Position numbers and translations under genes: made by a program. DNA of 64,000 bases from assembly GCF_009914755.1 (NCBI RefSeq), contig NC_060928.1, one strand, 5' to 3'. Source of the stretch: the human T2T-CHM13v2.0 reference genome, Homo sapiens. Shown in pieces: positions 52,944 through 64,000 of the stretch. The stretch's first letter is position 1; each line of letters starts with the position of its first letter. The notes beneath the pieces are model-generated. The model ran no database searches and had not been told where the DNA came from. It was given only the letters and a program-made list of their open reading frames with translations.

Positions 52944-54204
52944 AGCAGATAATGCTAGCAAAATAATCAGTCACTCCTGGAATTAAAAGAGTGTCCCGAA
53001 TAGACTAACTCTTATTAACATTTTTATTACATCATTTAAGATATATGATGTATGAGATTTGCCTTATTATTTTTAACATTCATATAAAATATGTACATTG
53101 AACTTTAGTACATATATTGAGTTTCAGGATATCTATACCATTGTTTTTATAAGAAAATATTTAATAAAGGCACAAGGCCACAGTATATTATCACAATTAT
53201 AACTTTAATGTGTTAAAATTTAAAATGTAATGAAAGTGACAAAGATAGGTGCGTACCGTACTTACACAGTACAAATAAAATTCATTAAACCCAATAAGCA
53301 AGATGTGGAAAAAATACTATGATATTCAGTTTCCATTCTAGGTCAACCAAAAAAAGATGTATATAATTTTAATGAAAAAATAAATATTATATTAATTACA
53401 TAATTTCCAACTATACTGGTTAACTTTGGAGGTTTTTGAAAAGCTTATTATCACAATAACCATTGGATATGATTGCAAAGAATAATATTGTACAGTTAAA
53501 ATCCCAATATAAAAGGGAAAATTTGAACATAAAATCTGAATTTCACCTACATAAGTATTTGAACATCTACTTGTAGCTATTATGTAATATGAATAATTAT
53601 TATAATTATTATATATACATAGTTATAAACATCATAAATAAAAATCCTCGTATATATCTATTTATCAAGCCATTACATGCCTTTAAAAATAAAGCTGTTT
53701 TTCAGTTAAAAACGTTATGTTTTTGTCTCTTTGATCTATCATCCAAAGTTGGTTTATATTCAAATTAAAATACCATCTGTCTCATAAATAGAGACATCTT
53801 AATACCTTGACAGATAAGACAGTCTTAAGGGAAACTCAATCACCCTTGTCCATAATTTCTTAAAAAAAAAAAAACAAAAAACCTACTTGATCTCCTCGTA
53901 TGACATAATGAAGTATCTAAGAAAATACCATTTTAGTTACATGAACATGTTGAGCTAAAAGTTGTCTATTCGGAATTGTTTAACATAGTGATTTGTTAAT
54001 TTCATTTTTTTCCTAAACATTATATATGTGATTATGACTATTACAAGATTCTGATATTTTTAATGTGGAGGTTGTTTGTTATCCAAGGTCAAACTCAAAT
54101 ATCTTCCATCTGTCTTACCATGGATGACATTTTCTGCAATGAACAGGCATTTATAGGTGTTGATTTATACATTTCAAATTCATTTAATTAACATGCAATT
54201 CAAA

Positions 54205-54500
54205 TTTAATCCAGCAAACATATTTTAACATTGCTATATGTCTAATACTACCTTAGACAAGGTTAGGCCACTGTATGGGTAGGAGAGGTGATGGCGTAAC
54301 AATGTAATTTGTTGCTAATAAAATATGTCTTAAAAAACAACAAAACAAAAGACAAAAAAAAACAGAAACATTCACCATCTTCCATGAGAGATGAGTTACT
54401 ATTCAACAGGGAAATTAGTATTTTTAAAATTGCTACTATGAAAATATGGACAAGCAAAATATAAGAAACTGTGGGAGAATATCAGCACACGCAAATATTC
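54205..54500 (-). mobile_element. L2 fragment
   Basis: TTAATCCAGCAAACATATTTTAACATTGCTATATG. Confidence 0.5.
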
Positions 54501-57029
54501 CTATAGTCATTGTCATTAAAATCTAATCATGAAGGTGGAAATACTAAACATAAAATAGTCATATGACAATGTATAATTAAATCATAGAATTGACTAAAAT
54601 TAGTTTCATTCTATAAAGGAATTCTGTTCAGTAAATCCATTAAAATGGATATGACTACTTGTTAGAGGATATACAATTCTTAACTATACAGCCAAATAGT
54701 TATCATTGATGCTGTTTTGATATTTCTGAAGTTATTAAACATAAATATTATGCTGAGATCTGGTTTCATCTTTGTTTAGTAAACCTAAGAATGAGGACAC
54801 ACTTAAGGCTGATACTATCCGTCCAATAACAATTAAAAATTGAAGAAGTTTGAGCATTTAACTGTTGCATTCACTAAAAAATGTTCTGGATAAACGTCCT
54901 ACTGAGTCCCAATCTGCTGAACTCTGCTGTGATAGTTGAAAATAGAGTTTGTGATTAAAGTCTCCTAACTCACTCCAACACATGGGAAATCAAAGAAATA
55001 GAGCACTTTGTTTCAAGTACAGAAAGAGGGTTAAAATGACTGGGCCCAAACAATTCAGCAGTACACATATATTAATATATTCTAAAACTTAAACATCTTC
55101 AGAAAGCTGATTCCATGCAAAATAAAAAGCATCTACTCAGTACAGATTCAGTTGCTGTTATCTAGTAATAGGAAATTTCTAATATACAGGCAATGCTACC
55201 ATCTAAAAGATAAAAGTAAAATAGTTTCCATATTCTTCAAACTGGCAACTCCTTGGAAAAAAGTGAGGGTAACAAATGTTTCTTTCATATTCACTACATT
55301 ATAATAACACCTTTATGCCTTCAGTTTTAACTATTGAGAAAATAATGCTGCAATTTAATATTTTTAAATATTAAATTTGCATACAATTTCCTTAATAATG
55401 ACTTTATTTCTCCTGTGGAAAGTATGTTTGGTGGTGTACTGGATTTCTTGGTTAAGCTTTAGAAGAGAAAGTTTGCCTAATTAAATGAAATTTCAGTAGA
55501 CTAAAATAAGAACCAAAAAGAAGATAAGTAGCGATGCCTGTTAAATTAAGCTGGTCTCTCTCTCTCTTTCTCTCCCACCATCTCCTCAGCCAAGGTACTG
55601 AGTATTTGTCTCCAACTCTCTTTTAACTCTTCTAAAGCTTAAAAGATTAAAAGTTATTTAGTTTTAGTTATTCTAGAAAGGAATCTAGAATAATTAAAAC
55701 TAAAAGGAAGACATTCTTGGCAGTAATGATAATAGGTATTAAAATTGATGTATGAGGTTGTGTCATTTCTTCCCCTTTAGAGAAATAGAAATAAAGATTG
55801 AAATTCATATTTTTCCCCTCTATGATTTAGATATAATGCTGACAGGAAACTGGATAATGAATAGAAAATTTCTTGAGATCCTTTTGTCTCTTCAAATTTT
55901 TAAAATTGTCTGCTCAACAATTAGTAGTAAAATATGGATATTATTATGTTAATAGACTGTTTAAATTGAATAGCTAGGCATATTTGAAGTGAAGTTTTAA
56001 AAAAGTGAACTTTTTAGTGTCTTCTCATAGATGTTTTATGGCTCTATATAGTTGAAGTAATATTATATTAGTAAAGGTTATCATAACTGCACAAAGAATA
56101 AATGTGTAAAATAAGAAGAACGCAAAATAGTTTGATTTAAATACTAATTATTGATATGTAGTAGAGGCCTTACCTGAAAAGGATACTGATAAATAAGGTC
56201 TTATATCTTCTATAACAATTACAAAGTAAGTTTACACTTGAAGACATTTTTGGTACTTGATTATAAACCATATTTTGTAATCTATTGTGTACATTCCTTT
56301 GGCATAGTTCACAATTACTACATGTACTTGCTAGATATATCAGAGTCACTCAAAAAGTAACTTTTCAAAAAATAAAATAATGCACCATTTAAAACAAACT
56401 CTATGGATCCATCTAAGCCAAATTTGGATAAATAAATTTTTATTGAGCAAGCATCCAGGGATGTGTGAACATCCAGAAATCTCATAAAAATTAGTTTCCC
56501 TAAATAGCATAATTTTTGTCAACTCAAATGTATAGAGGGGACATGAGAGAGCCAGAGTGTATAGTTGGAAGGAACAGGGACCTGACAGTAAAAGCAACAA
56601 TACCTTGGAAATTTCAGGGAATTTGGTCTTGAAAGAGGAAGAACAAAGGAAAATCAGCATGTCTTTATGTGATAAATTGTACCTCTTACCAGATTACATT
56701 TGCTTTTCTCATCTACCTTCTTTATCAGCAGCACGACTTGTATTCTCCATATCAACACAGAAAAAGGAAAGTACAGTATTGAATAAAGCTTCTGAGCAAT
56801 CACTGGAGCACTGCCGTAAAAAAGTCAGTGACAGTGAAGAGCAAAACTATTTAGTGGTTTATACAACTATATAATGTTAGTGTTGGCATACGCAGAATAG
56901 AAAATGTACAAATTTAACTTAACAATAGTAAGAAAACATGTCCTGATATTCTGAAGTTATGATAAATTTTATGCCTTGGAGAAATTTATGTTATACTATA
57001 TGCTGCAAATAGAAAACATATAGTTGACT

Positions 57030-57530
57030 TTCATGTAATGTTTCTGTGTACTGCACTTAATATTTGCTTCTTAATTTTAATAATTTACCTGTAGATTTTT
57101 GGAGTTTTTAGGTACAACATAATTTGGCCTCAAATAATGATAGGTTTGTTTCTTCCTATTTTTATATATCTTGTTATTGTATTATTATTAATTTACCATA
57201 TTGCAATGGGCTAGATCTCTCTGCAAAAAACTGAAAGAGGTGTTGGTGGCAGATATCTTTCCAGAAGAAACTATTCCAATATTTTACTATCAAACATGTT
57301 ACTTAATACTGTCTAAAAGTGTTTTGTAGATATTATCAAATAAAAAAATTAATTTGGTTTCTAATTTGATAAGAAGTGTTAGTTTTTTTATAACATGAAT
57401 TGCTGTTGCATTATATTTTCTTTAAATAAGTGTTAAATTATTTTCTCCTTGCATATTGAGATAAGCATATACTTTTTCATTTCTTCATCCTTTGTAGTGG
57501 AGAATTACATTGTTATATCAAACTTGTATT
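57030..57530 (-). mobile_element. Old L1M ORF2 fragment
   Basis: CTGTAGATTTTTGGAGTTTTTAGGTACA, AAATAATGATAGGTTTGTTTCTTCC, ATTGCAATGGGCTAG. Confidence 0.65.
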
Positions 57531-59163
57531 TCATCTTTTGGTTTTTGATCAGGTCTCTACTTCTATGCCTGATTACTTTGAATAAGTTCCGGAAATTGTG
57601 TATAAACAATATTGGAGAGAATTTGAGGCTCCAGATGATGTAAGTTTACTTCTTAACATTGTAAAATAACAAATATACTTAAAAACAGAGTGCTTTCCTT
57701 AAATCTAGATAGACCGTAGAGCAAGTGTAAACTTAGTAGATTAAGTATGGTTACTAGAATCAAAGATGACACAGTACTCAGGCTCCAATTCATTTTCTGA
57801 ATTATGATTGGGTATTGCTAGGAAAAAATAAATAATGTATTTTGGTATTCATTAAAAGAGACTAGAACTATAACCACCTCAACAAATGATGAATATCAAA
57901 GTGTAAACAGTTTATGAAAATATCAACACTCAAAAAAAAACCAACTCTGTGAAATCTAAAAAATAAAACAAAACAAACAAACAAAAACCTATGGTGACAT
58001 TTGAATTGACAATGATTGTTAAAATTATTATTTTAAGCTATAATTATATTTAAATTTATTTTATGTGATTGTTTTTAATTCACAAAAGTTACAGGCTTTT
58101 AAATGTTTTTTAATTAAAGCTGGATTGTTGCTTCTGTGTTTTCCAAAAGAAAAGTGAGTATAGCTTCACAGGACCAGAACCTCTCTTGAGACCAGCAATT
58201 TTCCAAACTTTGCCAATGTCTCTCTTTTCTATTGACAGACTATAAATAAATGTGATGGAAAATGCTACTCATATTTTTTAGCTTTTTAAATAAATGACAG
58301 GTGATTTCACAATCTTACTTTTAGACAAAGGTTACCTAGTAGGAACTTACTGAAAAAAATTATTTAAAATAACTGCAAGAAGGCTTATCAATTAAAACTA
58401 ATATATTGAAATATTATAGCCAGAAAACTGTTAGCAACATCAAAAGCATCTATTACACTTGGAAAATGCAGGTAATTTTAATTCACTCAGTTTATGACAT
58501 GGACATTTATTAGTACATCTGTATTTGCTTCAGTTGGTCATCATGTTCAATGTTATATTTTTACTTTTCAGGTATTATATTAATGAGATTACTTCAGTCT
58601 ATGGTATATAGTTATGAATAACTATGTCAATGGTTAAATGTTAAAATGTTTAGAGCTTTTAATTAAAATTGTTGTTTATTCATCTTGAGAAACCTTAAAA
58701 TATATTAATAATGTGAGTAAAATATGGAATTAATTCTTCTCACATACCTCACACACATTCTAATAATTCTATCACTCCCAGACCTACCCCATGTGGGGAA
58801 ATAATTACATTTTTTAACAATTTATATAAAATTTCTGTAAAGGTTTTCACTGTCATTAATTTAGTTGTGTATCTAAAATAACTGTAATTGTTTTTAAATA
58901 ACATTCCACACATATTTTCCAGTTATTTGTCTAGTTTTATTTTATCATGTCTTTTTGATCTGTCTTTCCAACTTGATTGGTCATAATGACCGGGGATATT
59001 TTGCTTTTTTCAGCCTTCCCTTTCATCAACAAATATACTGAGTGCCCACTATTGCCAGGAACTATTATCTTATGCAGGAAACATCAGTCAAAAGATTAAA
59101 GATAACTTCTCCTCAAATACTTTTATAACTTAGGGAGTGAGGTACAAGAAAAGAATTGAGTAA

Positions 59164-59185
59164 GTGTGTGTGTGTGTGTGTGTGT
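59164..59185 (+). repeat. (GT)n microsatellite
   Basis: Direct reading. Confidence 0.93.
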
Positions 59186-59996
59186 AATGATGAATTGTGT
59201 TAAATGGCAGAGCAAGTACAGGGATACAGAATTCTGGAAGGAGACTGTAGGCAGGAGAGGTAGTGTTCAATGCAGTGTATAGTATTCAGAAAACACAGCA
59301 TTTGAAATGTAAAAGTTGAACAAAACCTGAAAGAAGCGAAGGAGTGAGTCGTGTATTTGATGGACATGGAAGAGAATTAAAGGCAGACTTACGGCCGCTG
59401 AAGATGTCCTGAGGCACCAATATGCCAAACATATTTGATGTAGAGTAAGGTTTCCCTTGCCAAAGCAATGTGAAGAACTGAACAAGATATATGCAATATA
59501 GTCCTCATTGGAAATATATTGGCTTTCAGACGAGAAAGTCAGAGAGAGACCTATAAGAACATTTTGAGTAGAAGACTGACATCAGTTGACTCGAGTTTTA
59601 ATAGAATAACTCTGGTTGCTGTGAGAGAATATATTTTAGCTTTGCTAGGACAGAAGGATGAAAAAGAGAATGTCTTATTTAATGATAGAGTTGAGACATA
59701 GTGTTGGTTTGGACATGGAAGTACTGGTCCTGGCAAGAAGTGGTCAGATATTGGATATATTTTTGGAAAGAGAGGTATTTTACTGCTAGATTGGATGTGG
59801 GGCTTGCAAGAGAAAGGGCTTTAGCATCACTCTAACTATTTTGGACTCACAGACTGAAGGACACAGACATTAACACCTGAGATAGGAAAGAATGTTGCAG
59901 AAGTAAGTTGGTTATATAGGTGACAAGGGATAAATAGGAACTTGGATTTAGATATTTTAAATTTAAGAAGATTATTTGACATCTAATTAGAAATAT

Positions 59997-60271
59997 CTGC
60001 TGAGCACAGTGACTCATGCTTGCAATCCCAGCACTTTGGGAGGCCGAGGTGGGCAGATCACCTAAGGTCAGGAGTTCGAGGCCAGCCTGGCCAACATGGT
60101 GAAAGTACTGAAAATACAAAAATTAGCCCGGCCTTGTAGTGAGAGCCTGTATTCCCAGCTATTCGGGAGGCTGAGGCAGGAGAATCACTTGAACCCAGGG
60201 GCAGAGGTTGCAGTGAGTCAAGATACCATCATTGCAGTCCAGCCTGGGCAATGACAAGAGCGAGACTCCAT
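59997..60271 (+). mobile_element. AluS (Sq/Sx type)
   Basis: GATCACCTAAGGTCAGGAGTTCGAG, ACAAGAGCGAGACTCC, small deletion after GGTGAAA. Confidence 0.93.
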
Positions 60272-60304
60272 GAAAGATAGGAAAGAAAGAAAGATAGAAG
60301 GAAA

Positions 60305-60389
<85 letters not shown>

Positions 60390-60476
60390 AGGAAGGAAGG
60401 AAGGAAGGAAGGAAGGAAGGAAGGAAGGAAGGAAGAAAGAAAGAAAGAAAGAAAAAGAGAGAAAGAAAGAAAGAAA
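60272..60476 (+). repeat. Compound (GAAA)n(GGAA)n tetranucleotide STR derived from the Alu tail
   Basis: About 200 bp of almost pure purine, read directly. Confidence 0.97.
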
Positions 60477-60633
60477 ATTTTAAAAATGTTTATATAAGTC
60501 TGAGGTTCTAAGAAGATATACTGGTTATAGATCAAAATTTGGAAGTTATCAGCATATAGATGTTACTTAAACCCATTTCTGAAACTGGTTAAGATTATAG
60601 AGGAAATAAAAACAGGGAAAGATAAGAAGTTGT

Positions 60634-61187
60634 TGTGGGATATTCATTGCAAATGTGTACCACTTCTTTGTACTCCCTTTATTTATGCCCTCTCTAATGA
60701 TACTTCATACATTCTTTTCATCAAGAATAGCATCTTTACAAACCCCTTTCAATCTAGTCCAGCCTGATAACTTGCTTTGGCCAATAGAATGTGATGGAAG
60801 TGTCAAATCAGCCCTCTACCAGATGCCTTAGGTGCTTCTGTTTTCTCTTTTGGAAGCCTGCCACTGCCATATAAACAAAGCCAGCCTAGTCTGCTAGATG
60901 CAGAGAATTGAACTCAGTCACCTCCATTGCCCAGGCCACCTAGCCTGCCAATCTGCAGAAATCTAAGTGAGGCTATGCAGATCAGCCACCTAGCAGACAA
61001 CACACCAGCTGAACACAGATTATCAGTGAGCAGTTAAAATCTGCAGAACCTCTCCTAGATCAGCAGAACCACTCATGGATTCATGAGCAATAATAAATAC
61101 TTAATTTTTACTAATGCATGACAATAAATACTTACCTGTTTTAAGCCACTGAAGTTTGGGGTAGTTTATTACACCACAATAATTACA
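60634..61187 (+). mobile_element. MLT1H/G MaLR LTR, near full length
   Basis: ACTTGCTTTGGCCAATAGAATG, CTAGTCTGCTAGATG, TGTTTTAAGCCACTGAAGTTTGGGGTAGTTT. Confidence 0.85.
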
Positions 61188-64000
61188 AGATTATTATTAA
61201 ATAAATAAATCAGCAGTGCACTCTAGTTGTTAAGAGCTTAGGAAGATGAAAAGGAACAAAACAATAAAAGTGAGAAAAGACAGTCACTAGGATTTGAGAA
61301 AATCCAAGAACAAATGATGTCCTTTGACCTAGAAAAGAGGTGTTTCCAATTAAACAAAATTGTCAACTGTGTCAAGTACTGCCAAATCAAGAAAATGAGT
61401 GATGTAAGTTGACCATTGTGTTTAATAATGTAGAGGTGATTGCTGATATAATTTAAGATTCCTTCTAAACCACACTGATAAAATGAGAACAAGGTAAATT
61501 TTTTGAAAGACACTAATGACTACCACTAATAAATTTAATGATAAATTATAAAATTTTGAAATTCTAGATAGTGTTTTTTGGCTGAATATATATGTTTTCT
61601 AATATAACAAGAATATATAACCCTTTTATAAGATATTAGGCTAAAGGGAAAGATCAGTTAAACCTTTAAATTATTGTTATAGACCTAGTTATATTCTTTA
61701 TACATAAAATATATATATATATCTCAATAGAATTCAGGCATTGTCTTACTATATAAATCAAAATATTTGTGGCTTACATTGTACATGCCTTTATTAAGCC
61801 AAATGACAGTTTCAGGTACAATTGCACGCCAGCACGTAAGTGAGATTGCAAAAGAAAAGAAAATATAGAACAATTTTTTCTTAACAGTTTATATTTAAGG
61901 ATATAAAAATATAACTTAGTGATTTTAACCTCTTAGTTACATTCAAGATGAAATATCTATGTACGAAAAGTTTTCCCGACTAATTAATACATGCATGTTA
62001 TATACTAAATTGTTGTATTAAAAGAAAATAATCTGTTTACTTATTAATAGGCTTTAAATTATTCTGGGACTGAGACTGATGGATTATTTAGGCAGATAGA
62101 GTTTCAGTGATATTAGCTTAACCTTCTATAAGATTAAGAAATGGAATTATACATGCTGGGTGTTCAACTTTATCCCTTTGTTGCCCGGGAGGCCATATTT
62201 ATCTTCTCTGCTTCCCATGATACCCCCACTGAAATAGAGAACATGGTCCTATGAGTCTCTTGCTTGGTATTTAACACAGGCTTGAAGAGAGATTGCTGAC
62301 ATACTCCAAGTAACCTTTGTGCATCCAGGCCCAACAGTGGTCAGAAAGAAATAATTACAGCTACTTCAAAGTGATTAAAAGCAGTTCTGAACAGAGGGGA
62401 AAAATCATCCTAATTGTGCCCTAGGGAAGAACTGCTTCAGAGGTATACTTATGATTGCTTTGAAGCAAAAGTAACTACTTTGGCCCTCTCAGCAGGCTTC
62501 ACTAAGTAGAAATGTATAAGCTCTCAGGGACTCAAGGGAGAGAATAAGCTGAATACCTAGTATGAGCATTGATTTCTTAATCTCATGAGGTAAACCCCTG
62601 CAGAACATGATGCACAAACAAACCGTGTGATTTCAACTGAGTGACCCACTGCATTAAAACTAAATTAGACCAATGTCTATGAGCTACACGAAATGAATGT
62701 CCTTCTAAAGAAGGCAATGGCTTAATTTAAAATTCTGCCTAAAGGTTTCTCTGCTAAAAATAATCAAATAGAATAGATCTTATGTTTTCTGTTTAATTTA
62801 AAGTAACATCAGATGAATATAATAATTAACCAGTAGTGATTACACATTTTGAAAGTGTAATATTTCAATAATATTTACTTTCTCAAAACTATAAAAAAGG
62901 TAAAATTTGTCACCCAGCTGTATTCTGGTGTCTGGAAGAAGCATGTATCTACTACATTTAACTTACTGCCAAGCAATGAATGAAAAACAGGAGAAGTGTC
63001 AATGCAAATAGACTTGATGGTCTGAATTCCCTTAATTAGTGGTTATTTTCATTCTGACCTGCATCTTTTTTATTTAGAAATACATAAATGATGGTGTGTT
63101 CTAAACTCAAGCTGCTATATATACAAAAATTACATATACAAGCAGTAAATATATCTGCTATTTGACTGTAATAGCAAGAGTCAAGACTTGTCTCATCAGG
63201 AATGCTCTTAAATATAAACACTTAGATTAAACAATATTTTAAATGCTCCTTAATATATATAATTTTTACTCAGTTTATTAATAACTCATCATAAACATGC
63301 TAAATGTACACAATTGCTGATTTTAAAATAAAGTTCACAAGTGTTAAAAATGTTGAGATTGTTATATGTCTTATCTTTAAAAGGCAAAATTTTAATTTTT
63401 GTACATCTTTTGTTTTATATTTTACAAAATAATTGTCTTAAAATAAAAATTGTTTTTAATTAAACTCTAAAATATGACCATATGTATTACAAATATACAT
63501 TCCAGAAAACTAGTTAAATGTACAACTTTAAAATTACATGTAGATGGTTTACATCTTCCTGTCTTAATTGTTGAGACAAATGAGAAATATGCATGGAGAA
63601 GATGGAAGTGAGTTACATTGGATTTGTATATAAATGACTATTTATTTACATGAGCGATTGAGCCATGACTGCTGCAATCTATAATCACATATTCCATGTT
63701 ATCAGTACAACTTGTTTGTTTGTTTTACTATTTTTCTGGAAAGGTTAAATATTACTCTGCTTTAGTACAAAAAACAAAAGAACCAAACAAACCCATAGTA
63801 TAACAGAATTATAAGTCAGAAGAATAGAATAGTATTTGTTTGTTTGTTTTGCATTCTCTAATGACTATGCAATTATCTCTTATTTAAGTTTATTTTTTTA
63901 TTTCTCAGCAAATGCTAACAGGATAATACATGTAAATGGAATATACTACTTTTTTTTCTTCCTCAAATTTTTACTAGATGTTGACTGCTATGTTAGACCA

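Larger units (their letters stand above)
59010..61500 (-). mobile_element. Long L2 (L2a type) remnant with nested (TG)n, Alu and MLT1H
   Basis: TCATCAACAAATATACTGAGTGCCCACTATTGCCAGG, AGAAGTGGTCAGATATTGGATATATTTT, GACATCTAATTAGAAAT, TTTGGAAGTTATCAGCATATAGATG, ACTGTGTCAAGTACTGC. Confidence 0.8.

Noticed and set aside
60218-60535. KERK- and FLSF-repeat ORFs
   Set aside because: Translations of the GAAA/GGAA microsatellite
61082-61135. Doubled AATAAA as a gene 3' end
   Set aside because: A short local duplication of the MLT1 LTR polyA signal, with no upstream gene evidence

Overview
Non-coding, AT-rich primate (human-like) genomic DNA, intergenic or deep-intronic. I recognise no protein-coding gene: the supplied ORFs are Alu-, LTR-, L1-, microsatellite- or chance-derived. 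The window is a layered fossil record of transposons: about a dozen Alus (J, S and Y), L1PA/L1M and L2/MIR fragments, MaLR LTRs, LTR16 plus HERV16 internal sequence, a deleted ERVL provirus with an MLT2 LTR, and DNA-transposon MITEs (MER2, Tigger3a, MER5, MADE1). It also holds an intact 1.49-kb ERV9/LTR12C solo LTR with a 4-bp TSD, which is the best candidate regulatory element. I see no new gene system. The unexplained signal is structural: a perfect 46-bp inverted repeat with adjacent palindromes, two local non-tandem duplications (one giving an internal empty site for an AluY), a TSD-flanked composite Alu insertion, a quasi-palindromic 22-bp minisatellite with strand-flipped units, and several small fold-back patches. 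Together these suggest repeated local template switching. Repeat subfamily names come from recalled consensus motifs, not a database run, and boundaries of old repeats are approximate.
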